Position numbers and translations under genes: made by a program. The notes beneath the pieces were generated by a model that saw only the letters and a program-made list of their open reading frames with translations, was not told the origin of the DNA and did no database searches. A stretch of DNA of 64,000 bases from Alphaproteobacteria bacterium (GTDB lineage Bacteria > Pseudomonadota > Alphaproteobacteria > GCA-2731375): contig CBDDBZ010000025.1 in the NCBI GenBank assembly GCA_965225945.1, positions 1 through 64,000 of the forward strand, in the 5' to 3' direction. Within the stretch, counting starts at the first letter, position 1; every line of letters begins with the position of its first letter. Shown here piece by piece: positions 22,885 to 32,284 of the stretch.

Positions 22885-23484
22885 TTTCCTGGAATATTCC
22901 ATCGGTGTCGTTCACCTCCGATTTCAGATAAATTTCAATGAAGTGACGGTCCTTTATGCAACGTGGCGTTTTGCCAAATCCGACTCAATGATTAGGATTT
23001 CCACCACGCTAAAGTGTCGCCTAAAAGGCGCTACAATGCCGTCCGAGTCCCTGCTCGGCATCGCCGGAGATATCTCCGCTTCGACCTGCACCGAGCTTTA
23101 CTCAGGAAAATGGGTGCACACTACATATAGTGGGTGTGGGTGATAACCGGATAGGCAAGGTTCTAACGTCCATACTGTACAGATGACAGTTGGGCGGCAA
23201 TCGCCGGAAGCATTTGACGACATTCTCCGACACGAAAGGCCTGTAAGCCGAAGATCCCCATGTGGAACCCTCCCAGCAGCTTGAATATGACTCGAAACCG
23301 TCCGAGAGGCAAGGGCGTTGGCCTCGCCTCGAACTGAGTTATGAAATTTAACCGACATTCCCCGGATGACCACCGATTCTGGCCATCAGAGTAGCCACTT
23401 TGGCTTTCCATGGCAATTTGGAGGTCGCTGCGCGTAGGTAGAGCACTCCGCCTACCTCCGGGAACGGCACGAAGGGCGCGCGCT

Positions 23485-24414
23485 TCAGACCTCGAATTCG
23501 CCGTGGTGTTCGTGCCACCAGTTGGCGATATCGAGGCGGGTGGCGAACCAGACGCCGCCCTTGGCCTGGGCATAATTCAGGAACTCGGCCAGCGCATGGC
23601 TCCGCGCCGCCTGGCCGACCAGGCGGGGATGCAGCCCGATGCTCATCATCCTCGGGTGCGTCGCGCCCTCCACCCAATACTGATCCAGGCCGTGCTTCAA
23701 CAGATCGAAGAAATCGCTCGGGCCCCCATAGCCCGGCGCCATGACGAAGCGGGCGTCGTTGTAGGTGAAGCTGTAGGGCACCACCAGGTGCCGCTTGCCC
23801 TGGACCTCGACGTAATAGGGCAGGTCGTCGTTGTAGGCGTCGGCGTCGTAGACGAAGCCGCCCTCCTCGACCAGCAACTCGCGGGTATGCACCGAAGGGC
23901 CGTAGCGGCAATACCAGCCGAGCGGTCGGCGCCCGCAAGTCGCCTCGAAGGATCGGATCGCCGCCTGCAGATGCGCCTTCTCCTCCTCCCGGCTCAACAG
24001 CCACATCTCTTCCCAGCGCCAGCCGTGGCTGCAGGCCTCGTGCTCTGTGTCGCGGAGCCAGGCGGCGACCTCGGGGTTGCGTTCGAGGGCGACGGCCGCG
24101 GCGAAAAAGGTCACCGGGATCTTCTTAGCCTCGAACAGGCGTTGCAGCCGCCAGATCCCGGCTCGGCTGCCATATTCGTAAACCGACTCGATGGCGAGAT
24201 CGCGGTAGCGCGGGTCCATCACATAGGGCAATTCGCCGAGCGCGGCCTCGTTGCGGCCGTCGGCGGCGAGATGCACCTCGGAGGCTTCCTCGTAGTTGAT
24301 GACCAGGTTGACGGCGACCCTGGCCTCGTTCGGCCAGACCACCTTGGGCACGTTCCGGCCGTAGCCGACGAAATCCCTGGGCGGGCCCGGAACCGGATCG
24401 GACTTGATCTCCAT
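23485..24414 (-). CDS. PuuE-like allantoinase / polysaccharide deacetylase family
   Basis: PRDFVGYG, WPNEARVAVNLVINYEE, ESVYEYGSRAG, SHGWRW, MMSIGLHPR. Confidence 0.88.
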   Translation of the reverse strand: MEIKSDPVPGPPRDFVGYGRNVPKVVWPNEARVAVNLVINYEEASEVHLAADGRNEAALGELPYVMDPRYRDLAIESVYEYGSRAGIWRLQRLFEAKKIPVTFFAAAVALERNPEVAAWLRDTEHEACSHGWRWEEMWLLSREEEKAHLQAAIRSFEATCGRRPLGWYCRYGPSVHTRELLVEEGGFVYDADAYNDDLPYYVEVQGKRHLVVPYSFTYNDARFVMAPGYGGPSDFFDLLKHGLDQYWVEGATHPRMMSIGLHPRLVGQAARSHALAEFLNYAQAKGGVWFATRLDIANWWHEHHGEFEV

Positions 24415-24429
24415 GACGCTTCTCCCTCT

Positions 24430-24515
24430 CTCCAACGCACGACTCTAGGGGTGCGACGCCCTCGGGCCAAATCGCGGATTCTTACGGACGCTGGAAACTT
24501 CGTGATATATATTCG
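24430..24515 (+). repeat. 86-bp imperfect direct repeat, copy 1 (promoter-like)
   Basis: Aligns without gaps to 25229-25314; shared core TGGAAACTTCGTGATATAT. Confidence 0.8.
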
Positions 24516-24752
24516 GCGTGGAACGACTATCGCCGGCGCGGGTGAATTCCCGCCGGATCCTCTTCCGGTGGGCGCATGGCGCACCGGCACTTCGCGCGGC
24601 CCTTGGATGGCGAAGCGCCCAAATACGAATGATTGGCGTGGGAACGCCACGAGGGCGCGCCGAACCCGACGCGCCCTCGTCAATCCCGCGTCGCCGGCCA
24701 CTTGCGCGAACCGGCGACATGGTGGCGGTTGCCACCAATCAGGCGAAGCGAG

Positions 24753-24971
24753 TTAGCTGTAATTGGAGGCCAGCTTCGTCTGAATCGCCGTGAACAGGTT
24801 GTCCAGCTCGTCACCGATGGCGAACACCGCCGCGATGATGGCGACGGCGATACCGGCGGCGATCAAACCGTACTCGATCGCGGTCGCGCCGGAATCGTCC
24901 GACAGGTACTTGCGAAGCTTGCGCTTCAAGGCATGCGTGCTCGATTGAGCGTTCGTAATGAGCCTCAACAT
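24753..24971 (-). CDS. flp: Flp/Fap type IVb pilin
   Basis: SGATAIEYGLIAA cleavage motif followed by a hydrophobic helix; RBS AAGGAG. Confidence 0.9.
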   Translation of the reverse strand: MLRLITNAQSSTHALKRKLRKYLSDDSGATAIEYGLIAAGIAVAIIAAVFAIGDELDNLFTAIQTKLASNYS

Positions 24972-25228
24972 GAGGATTCTCCTTGGTAACCATACCTGGC
25001 AGCAGTACGATACTCGTTTGGTTTCGCTCAAGAATCGGCCGACACGTGGCAGTCTAACCACAGCCTCGGATCGACCGAATTTAATATAACGACCGGGACC
25101 CGAGAGGACAAGTGCTGCCGATCACTCGGGCAGTGGTGCCGATCTCGCTAGGCTATCGATATTGTTAGGGATAGGGGGACGGAGGAGACGATTTCCACGA
25201 GGTCTCGAGTTCCAGGTCGGCTCTCCCG

Positions 25229-25314
25229 CTCCAACCCACGACTCTGGGCGTGAGACGCCCGACGACCCAATCGCGGCTTCTTACGGCCGTTGGAAACTTC
25301 GTGATATATGTTCG
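25229..25314 (+). repeat. 86-bp imperfect direct repeat, copy 2
   Basis: See 24430-24515; ends 32 bp before the amidohydrolase start. Confidence 0.8.
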
Positions 25315-25346
25315 CCTGAGGACCGCCGTCGCCGGGGAGGGAGCCC

Positions 25347-27062
25347 ATGCACGACCTGATCATCAAAAACGCCCGAATCGCCGACGGGCTGGGCAATCCA
25401 TTGATCGAGGGCGATCTCGCGGTGAAGCACGGTCGGGTCGGGGCCATCGGTGCCGTCGAGGGCCGGGCGGCTCGAGAGATCGACGCCGAGGGCCTGGTGC
25501 TGGCGCCGGGCGTGGTCGATCTCCACACCCACTACGACGCGCAGTTGACCTGGGACCCCACGGCGTCGCCCTCGGCTGCGCTGGGCGTCACCACGGTGGT
25601 GATCGGCAACTGCGGCTTCGGCGTGGCGCCCGCGCCGCCCGACAAGCGCGACCAGATCCTCGCCAACCTGGCCGAGGTCGAGGGCATGGCGCTCGCCTCG
25701 CTTCGCGCCGGCATGGATTGGGGCTTCGAGAGCTTCGCCGAATACCTCGACCTGCTGAAGGCCAAGGGGGTCTATCCCAACGTCGCGGTGCTGGCCTCGC
25801 ACACGGTGATGCGGACGGCGGTGATGGGGGCGGAGGGCTCGACGCGGCCCTCGACAGGCGAAGAGCTCGCTGCGATGCTCGACCACTTCCGCGAGGCGAT
25901 GGACGCGGGCGCGATCGGCCTCGGCTCCTCCTCCAACGAGAACCACCGGGGCGCCGGCGGCATCCCGATCGCCTCCAGGCTGGCCAGCGACGACGAGTTC
26001 CGCGCCCTTGCCGAGGTGCTGGGCGAATACGACCACGGCGTCTTCATGGCCACCTGCGGCGAGAAGCACGGCATCGCATTCCTGGAGGAGCTCGCCCGAA
26101 TCAGCGGCAAGGCGTGCTTCTATGCCCCGCTCTTCTACTATTCCCACCAGCCGGAGCGGGCCATCGGTCTGGTGCGGGCGGCGGAGGCGGCGCGGGCCCG
26201 AGGCGTGCCCGTCTACAACCAGGGCTCGTGCCAGCCCTTGAGCCTCAGCTTCACCCTCGACCGCGCCTATATCCTGAAGGCGATGAAGCCGTGGCCCGCG
26301 AGCGAGGACCACGACGAATTGCGGCAAATCTTCACCGATCCGAGTTTCCGCGACGCCTTCCGCGAGACGCTCCGGAGCCCCGACAGCCAGCACGTCTTCA
26401 AGGGCCGCTGGGACTGGGTGCCGATCGCCACGACGGCGCTGGCGAAGAACGCGGACCTGGCGGGCCGCACCATCGCCGAAATCGCCGAGCAACGCGGGGC
26501 GGATCCACTCGACCTCTTCCTCGACCTCGGCCTGGAGGAGGATTTCCAGACCAAATTCACCTTCTTCATGCTGAACATGGAGGAGGAGGGCGTGGCCGAG
26601 CTGTTGGTCAACGACGGCACGTTGATCAGCCTCTCGGACGCGGGCGCCCACAACGCGCTCCTGTGCGATGCCGGCTACGCCATGTACCTGCTGGGCCATT
26701 GGGTGCGGGAACGCGGCCTGTTCGATCTGGCGACGGCGATCCGCAAGGTCACCAGCGATCCGGCGGAGGCCTATGGGATCTTGGATCGCGGCCGCCTCGC
26801 GCCCGGCGCCTGGGCCGACATGATCCTGTTCGATCCCGAAACCGTCGGAATTACCAAACTGGAACAGCACTTCGACCTGCCGGGGGGCGGCGAGCGGCTG
26901 CTGCGCCGCGCGCCGGGCTTGCGTGGCACCTGGGTCAACGGTGTCCGGGTGTTCGACGGGCGGGACTATCTCGAGGTGGCGGCGCCCGGCCAGGTGCTGA
27001 GGGAATTCGCCCGCCGGCCGCCGAGGCTCGCCATGCCGGGAAGCGCCGAGGCGGCGGAATAG
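25347..27062 (+). CDS. N-acyl-D-amino-acid deacylase family amidohydrolase
   Basis: LAPGVVDLHTHYD, GVTTVVIGNCG, SDAGAH. Confidence 0.9.
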   Translation: MHDLIIKNARIADGLGNPLIEGDLAVKHGRVGAIGAVEGRAAREIDAEGLVLAPGVVDLHTHYDAQLTWDPTASPSAALGVTTVVIGNCGFGVAPAPPDKRDQILANLAEVEGMALASLRAGMDWGFESFAEYLDLLKAKGVYPNVAVLASHTVMRTAVMGAEGSTRPSTGEELAAMLDHFREAMDAGAIGLGSSSNENHRGAGGIPIASRLASDDEFRALAEVLGEYDHGVFMATCGEKHGIAFLEELARISGKACFYAPLFYYSHQPERAIGLVRAAEAARARGVPVYNQGSCQPLSLSFTLDRAYILKAMKPWPASEDHDELRQIFTDPSFRDAFRETLRSPDSQHVFKGRWDWVPIATTALAKNADLAGRTIAEIAEQRGADPLDLFLDLGLEEDFQTKFTFFMLNMEEEGVAELLVNDGTLISLSDAGAHNALLCDAGYAMYLLGHWVRERGLFDLATAIRKVTSDPAEAYGILDRGRLAPGAWADMILFDPETVGITKLEQHFDLPGGGERLLRRAPGLRGTWVNGVRVFDGRDYLEVAAPGQVLREFARRPPRLAMPGSAEAAE

Positions 27063-27087
27063 GGTCAAGCGCGACGGGCGCGCTTGG

Positions 27088-27534
27088 TCAGCCCTTGAAC
27101 TTGCAAACCAGGCGCCAGTCGACGGCGCCGGCGGCGGCCAGCTTGTCGTAGCCGAGCCGCTTGGCCTTGGCCTTGCGGCGGAAGGCGGCTTCCAGGGCGG
27201 CGCGAAGCTCGTCGTCCAAATCGTCGGCCGAGAGCTCGATCGTCACCGGCCCGTTGGCCTGCTTGGCGGCGGACTTGATGCGCGCCGGCCGCTTGGGCTT
27301 GCTCTGGAAGATATTGTCCCAGCCCTCGCGATAATCTTCGGTGGAGACGCTGGAGAAATAGCTGATCGGCCGAGACGGCGCCGAGGATTTGGACGACGCG
27401 CCACCGCTCGTGGTGGAACTCGACTCGCTCTTCGTCTCCGTGCTCGACGAGGAGGAGGTGGACTCGGCCTTCGTCTCGCCGCGCGATTTGCTGTCGGACG
27501 AAGTCTTCTTCGTCGTGGGGGTGTTTTCGCTCAT
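27088..27534 (-). CDS. Hypothetical protein with Ser/Thr/Lys-rich N-terminus
   Basis: Low-complexity N-terminus then RPISYFSSVSTEDYREGWDNIF; RBS GGAG. Confidence 0.7.
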   Translation of the reverse strand: MSENTPTTKKTSSDSKSRGETKAESTSSSSSTETKSESSSTTSGGASSKSSAPSRPISYFSSVSTEDYREGWDNIFQSKPKRPARIKSAAKQANGPVTIELSADDLDDELRAALEAAFRRKAKAKRLGYDKLAAAGAVDWRLVCKFKG

Positions 27535-27758
27535 GGCCCTGAATCGTCTCCGGTACGATATGTCGTGATGGCCCGGGACCGGCGAGCAAGCCCCGGCGGC
27601 GGCAAACTAGCTCCACGCGCGCCTGCCTCGCAAGGAAAATTTGACGCCCACCCAGGGTAATAGCGTGAACGCGATGACCCTGGTTTCTTTGTCGTTCCCT
27701 CACACGCCGGGCGCGCCCATCCGGGCGCTTGGCTTCGCTCGCGCGGGCTCGCGGGACC

Positions 27759-28763
27759 TCAATAGCGATCGAACATCGCCTGGATCCGGGCCGGGTCGTC
27801 GCTCACCGTCAGGGCCAGCAGCAACAGAATTCGCGCCTTCTGCGGGCTCAGCGTGTCGGCGGTGACGCAGTCGTCCACCCGGAGCGTCGCCATCGCCGGC
27901 ACCCGGCCGCTGCCGGCCCGGCTGCCCTCCACGATCACCACGCCCTCGGCCCGGGCCCGCGCCACCGCCTCGAATTGCGCCGGCGTCACATAGCCGGGCG
28001 CGAAGGCGGCCAGCACCAAGCCCCGGGCGCCGGCGGCGACGGCGGCATCGATCAGCGCGCCGTCGGCGCCGGCGTGGGAATAGACGATGTCGACCCGAGG
28101 CAACTCCGCCTCGCCGTCGAACTCGGTCTCCGGCATCGCCCGGCGCTCCGATCGGCGATAGTAGACCACCCGGTCGTTGTCGGCATGGCCGAGGGCGCCG
28201 AAGTCGGGGCTGCGGAAGGTATTGAGCTTCAAGGTCGAGCTCTTGGTCGCCTCCCTGGCGGCATGGATCTCGTCATTGAAGACCACCAGCACGCCCCGCC
28301 CACAGCTGGCCGCCTCGCCCGCGACGCGGGCCGCGGCGACGATGTTGGGCCCGGCATCGGTGCCCAGGCCGCTCGCCGGGCGCTGCGCCCCGGTGACGAC
28401 GACGGGGATCTCGACTTTGAGCGTCAGGTTCAGAAAATACGCGGTTTCCTCCAGCGTCGCGGTGCCGTGGGTGACGACGATGCCGTCGGGCGCCGGGCTC
28501 GCCCGGGCCGCTTCGTGGATTGCGCGGTGGAGCCTTCGCCATTCCTGCGGCCCGACGGCGGGGCTGATCAGCGCCGGGAAGGGCACGATCACGATCTCGG
28601 CGACTTGGTCTACCTCGGGCACGCGGGCGAGCAGCGCCTCCGTCGTCAACATTTCGCCCCGCTCGGCGTAGCGGATCATGTCCAGGCTATCGTGGCCGAC
28701 GGAGGCGATGGTGCCGCCGGTGCCGATGAAGGCGACGCGGGGCCGGCGTTGGCTTTCGGGCAT
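27759..28763 (-). CDS. L-asparaginase family
   Basis: GTGGTIAS and HGTATLEET catalytic motifs. Confidence 0.92.
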   Translation of the reverse strand: MPESQRRPRVAFIGTGGTIASVGHDSLDMIRYAERGEMLTTEALLARVPEVDQVAEIVIVPFPALISPAVGPQEWRRLHRAIHEAARASPAPDGIVVTHGTATLEETAYFLNLTLKVEIPVVVTGAQRPASGLGTDAGPNIVAAARVAGEAASCGRGVLVVFNDEIHAAREATKSSTLKLNTFRSPDFGALGHADNDRVVYYRRSERRAMPETEFDGEAELPRVDIVYSHAGADGALIDAAVAAGARGLVLAAFAPGYVTPAQFEAVARARAEGVVIVEGSRAGSGRVPAMATLRVDDCVTADTLSPQKARILLLLALTVSDDPARIQAMFDRY

Positions 28764-28899
28764 ATCGAACTCTCCTTCTCCTGCCGTGCGAACTCTCCCG
28801 CGAAACCGGCCCGGCGATCAACCGGGCGCTTTGCCCTCCGCCCCGCCATCGGGCATAAGTCCGGGCGAACAGCATCGACCCGAGCAGCGAGGACCCCGC

Positions 28900-29808
28900 A
28901 TGAACGCCGAGACCGACAGCGCCCGGAAGCTCTACCGCTCCTTCCTGTTCGCACCCGGGAACCATGCGCGTAAGGTCGAGAAGGTGTTCGATGCCGGCGC
29001 CGACGCGGTGATCCTGGACCTGGAGGACGCGGTCGCCACCGCCGAGAAGGCGGCGACGCGGGAGCTGATAGTCGCCGCCTTGGCGCGGCCCCGGGGTTGC
29101 CTCGGCTATGTCCGCGTCAACGCGCTTGCGACGCCCTTCGCCTTCGAGGACTTCATGGCCGTGGTCGGCCCGGGGCTCGACGGTATCGTCCTGCCGATGG
29201 TGGAGAGCGCGGCCGACCTCCTGGCCGCCGAGTGGCTGCTGCTCAACCTGGAGCGGCGCCTGGGCTTGGCCGAGGGCCGAATCGACCTGATGCCGATCGT
29301 CGAGACGGCCAAGGGCATGGCGGCGGCGCGCGAGATGGCGGCGGCCGGCACCCGGGTTCGCCGTCTCGCCTTCGGCGCCGGCGACTATAGCAGCGACCTC
29401 GGCCTGGTGTGGACATTCGACGAGGCCGAGCTGGCGCCGGCCCGCGCCGAGGTGGTGCTGGCCTCGCGCCTCGCGGGAATCGAGCCGCCGATCGACACCG
29501 TGTTCATCCATATCCGCGAGGCCGAGCATTTCCGCGCCTCGGCCTCGCGGGCCCAGGGCCTCGGCTTCCAGGGCAAGATGTGCATTCACCCCGACCAGGT
29601 GGTGCCGACCAACGCCGCCTTCTCGCCAACAGAAGAAGCCGTCGCCTGGGCCGGTCGCATCGTCGCGGAATTCGAGAAAGCGGAGGCGGCGGGCAGCGCC
29701 TCGATCCAGGTCGAGGGCACTTTCGTCGACTATCCGATCGTCGAGCAGGCGCTGGCGACCCTCGCCAAGGCGCGCGCCATCGCCGGCGCGGACGAGACCA
29801 CCGCTTGA
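28900..29808 (+). CDS. CitE/HpcH-family CoA ester lyase
   Basis: RSFLFAPG, LDLEDAV, GFQGKMCIHP. Confidence 0.9.
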   Translation: MNAETDSARKLYRSFLFAPGNHARKVEKVFDAGADAVILDLEDAVATAEKAATRELIVAALARPRGCLGYVRVNALATPFAFEDFMAVVGPGLDGIVLPMVESAADLLAAEWLLLNLERRLGLAEGRIDLMPIVETAKGMAAAREMAAAGTRVRRLAFGAGDYSSDLGLVWTFDEAELAPARAEVVLASRLAGIEPPIDTVFIHIREAEHFRASASRAQGLGFQGKMCIHPDQVVPTNAAFSPTEEAVAWAGRIVAEFEKAEAAGSASIQVEGTFVDYPIVEQALATLAKARAIAGADETTA

Positions 29809-29826
29809 GAGTCTGAGGACAGCGCG

Positions 29827-31500
29827 ATGGCGGCGGACGTGATCGTCACCGGCGGCAAGGTCGTCACCCTCGATCCGCAAGACCGCATCGTCGAGGCCGT
29901 GGCCATCGCCGAGGAACGGCTGATCGCCGTCGGAACCAACGCCGAGATTGCAGCACTAGCCGGACCGGCCACGCGTCGAATCGAGGCGGCCGGACGGACG
30001 GTCGTCCCGGGGCTGATCGACGGCCACGCCCACATGGACCGCGAAGGCTTGAAGGAACGCCTTCCCACGCTTGCCGGCTGCCGCTCGATCGACGACATCC
30101 TGCAACGGATCGAGGTCCTGGTGGCGGCGACGCCCGAGGGGACATGGATCGTCACCATGCCGATCGGCGAGCCGCCGTTCTACGAGGGCGTGCCGGCGAA
30201 CCTTCGGGAGAACCGCTTTCCGAGCCGACGCGATCTGGATCGCGTCGCGCCCGACCACCCCGTCTACATCCGGGCGATCTGGGGCCATTGGCGCAATACG
30301 CTGCCGCTGGTCTCCATCGCCAACAGCCGGGCGCTGGCGCTCGCCGGTATCGACCGCGACACGCTGCCGCCCGCGCCCTCGATCCAGATCGACCGGGAAT
30401 TGGAGACCGGCGAGCCCTCGGGCATCCTTTACGAATTCACTTATAAGCCGCTCGCCGAGATGACCCTGCTGGCGTCGATCCCGCGCTTTACGCTCGAGGA
30501 CCGGACCGTCGGCCTGCGCCGCTCGATGCAAGTCTATGCGAGCTTTGGCACCACCAGCGTCTTCGAGGGCCACGGCATCGCCGCCGAGGTGCTGGCCGCC
30601 TACCAGGCCGTGCGGGCGGAAGGGCCGACGCCGGTTCGCGCGGCATTGATGTTCAGCCCCGCCTGGCCGGGAACGGCGGTCGAGGACGTCCGGGAATTAC
30701 TGCTCGATTGGGGACGCTGGCTCTCCGGGCGCGGCATGGGTGATGCCTACCTCCGCATGGCCGGGCTCTACGCCGAGAGCGACACGTCGCAAGAGAACCG
30801 ACTGCGCGCCCTCCAAGGACCCTATACCGGCTGGGCCGGCTTCAACTTCGATGCCGCACTGCCCAAAGAGGTGATGGTGGAAATGATGGTGGAGGCGGCG
30901 CGGAACGGCATCCGCGTCGGCTCCTTCGATTCCGATATCCTCGAGCTCTACGAGAGGGTGGAGGCGCGCGCCGGCATCGGCGGGCAGCGCTGGCTGATCG
31001 AGCACGTGGGTGTGTTCGACGCCGACCAGATCGCCCGCATCCGCGATCTCGGTCTGGTTTTGCAAGCCTACAGCAATCGCTGGATCTGGCAGGACGGGGA
31101 GGTGTTTCGCGCCGATATGGGCGACGCCGCGGGCGAGCGGGTCCTGCCGATGCGTGCTTTGCTGGATGCCGGCATCCACGTCTCGCTAGCCACCGACAAC
31201 GTGCCGCCGACGCTGTTCCCCCCGATCTGGCACGTCGTCGCGCGGCGCCCGCGCGGGAGCGAGCGCCCGCTCGGCCCCGGCCAGGCGATCACCCGCGCCG
31301 AGGCCTTGGCGGCGGCCAGCCGGGAGGGGGCCTGGCTGAGTTTCGAGGAGGATTTCAAGGGCACGCTCGAGGTCGGCAAGGCCGCCGACGTGGCGATCCT
31401 GAGCGCCGATCCGCTGACGGTCGAGGAGGAGGCGCTCCCCGAGATCACCGCCGACGTGACGATCACCGGCGGCCGCGTGGTGCACGAAACCAAGGATTGA
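29827..31500 (+). CDS. YtcJ-like amidohydrolase (Amidohydro_3)
   Basis: PGLIDGHAH, WLIEH, GTLEVGKAAD. Confidence 0.88.
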   Translation: MAADVIVTGGKVVTLDPQDRIVEAVAIAEERLIAVGTNAEIAALAGPATRRIEAAGRTVVPGLIDGHAHMDREGLKERLPTLAGCRSIDDILQRIEVLVAATPEGTWIVTMPIGEPPFYEGVPANLRENRFPSRRDLDRVAPDHPVYIRAIWGHWRNTLPLVSIANSRALALAGIDRDTLPPAPSIQIDRELETGEPSGILYEFTYKPLAEMTLLASIPRFTLEDRTVGLRRSMQVYASFGTTSVFEGHGIAAEVLAAYQAVRAEGPTPVRAALMFSPAWPGTAVEDVRELLLDWGRWLSGRGMGDAYLRMAGLYAESDTSQENRLRALQGPYTGWAGFNFDAALPKEVMVEMMVEAARNGIRVGSFDSDILELYERVEARAGIGGQRWLIEHVGVFDADQIARIRDLGLVLQAYSNRWIWQDGEVFRADMGDAAGERVLPMRALLDAGIHVSLATDNVPPTLFPPIWHVVARRPRGSERPLGPGQAITRAEALAAASREGAWLSFEEDFKGTLEVGKAADVAILSADPLTVEEEALPEITADVTITGGRVVHETKD

Positions 31501-31548
31501 CCAGTGCGTCGCGGGGAACTTCGGATCGCCACTTGCAATCGTTTCTAA

Positions 31549-31569
31549 CTAGTCATACATCTAGTCATA
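31549..31569 (+). promoter_or_regulatory. Probable TA autoregulatory operator
   Basis: CTAGTCATA repeated twice just upstream of the antitoxin. Confidence 0.5.
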
Positions 31570-31591
31570 ACACTTTGAACCGGAGACGACC

Positions 31592-31852
31592 ATGGGTAAG
31601 ACCTGGCAAGTCCAAGAAGCGAAGGCGCGGTTCAGTGAATTCCTCGACGCGAGCCTCACCGAAGGGCCGCAGGTCGTGACCCGGCGCGGCGTGGAGACGG
31701 CGGTGCTCGTGCCGATCGACGAGTGGCGGCGGCTGGAAAAGAAGTCGAAGCCCACCCTGAAGGACCTTCTGCTTGCGCCCGAGCCGCGAACCGAAGCATT
31801 GACGCCGCCACGCGGCTCGTATCGCCTCCGCCCGGCACCGGATCTCGACTAG
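31592..31852 (+). CDS. Phd/YefM antitoxin
   Basis: WQVQEAKARFSE...GPQVVTRRG. Confidence 0.9.
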   Translation: MGKTWQVQEAKARFSEFLDASLTEGPQVVTRRGVETAVLVPIDEWRRLEKKSKPTLKDLLLAPEPRTEALTPPRGSYRLRPAPDLD

Positions 31853-31856
31853 ACGG

Positions 31857-32264
31857 GTGTATCTACTCGACACCAACGTCGTCTCCGAGTTGAGGCGCAC
31901 CAGGCCGCATGGGGCGGTGCTGAGCTGGATCGCCGACATCACGCCGGACCGGCTGTTCATCTCGGCGGTCACGGCGGGAGAAATCCAGGTGGGAATCGAA
32001 ATCACGCGCGCCCAGGATCCGACAAAAGCACGAGAATTCGAACTCTGGCTCGAGAGTGTCATCGAGAGCTACGGCGTCTTGGACATGGACACGACCGTCT
32101 TCCGGGAGTGGGCAAGGCTCCAGTACGGGAAATCCGCTACGCTCATGTTGGACGCCATGATCGCGGCGACCGCCATCGTCCACGGTCTGACGGTGGCGAC
32201 CCGCAACATTCGAGATTTTCAGGTTTTCCAGGTCGCTCTCGTCGATCCCTTTCAGGCGAGCTGA
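31857..32264 (+). CDS. vapC: VapC PIN-domain toxin
   Basis: YLLDTNVVSEL, DAMIAATA, TRNIRDF. Confidence 0.92.
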   Translation: MYLLDTNVVSELRRTRPHGAVLSWIADITPDRLFISAVTAGEIQVGIEITRAQDPTKAREFELWLESVIESYGVLDMDTTVFREWARLQYGKSATLMLDAMIAATAIVHGLTVATRNIRDFQVFQVALVDPFQAS

Positions 32265-32284
32265 GCGACGCGGTCAATCACCCG

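Noticed and set aside
24430-24515. Purine riboswitch upstream of the puuE-like gene (minus strand has GTTTCCA and CCGTAA)
   Set aside because: Spacing and stems do not fit the three-way junction, and copy 2 would be antisense to its adjacent gene; an Rfam scan would settle it
24972-25100. CtrA boxes upstream of flp
   Set aside because: Only weak half-sites (GTAACC, CTAACC); no TTAA-N7-TTAA
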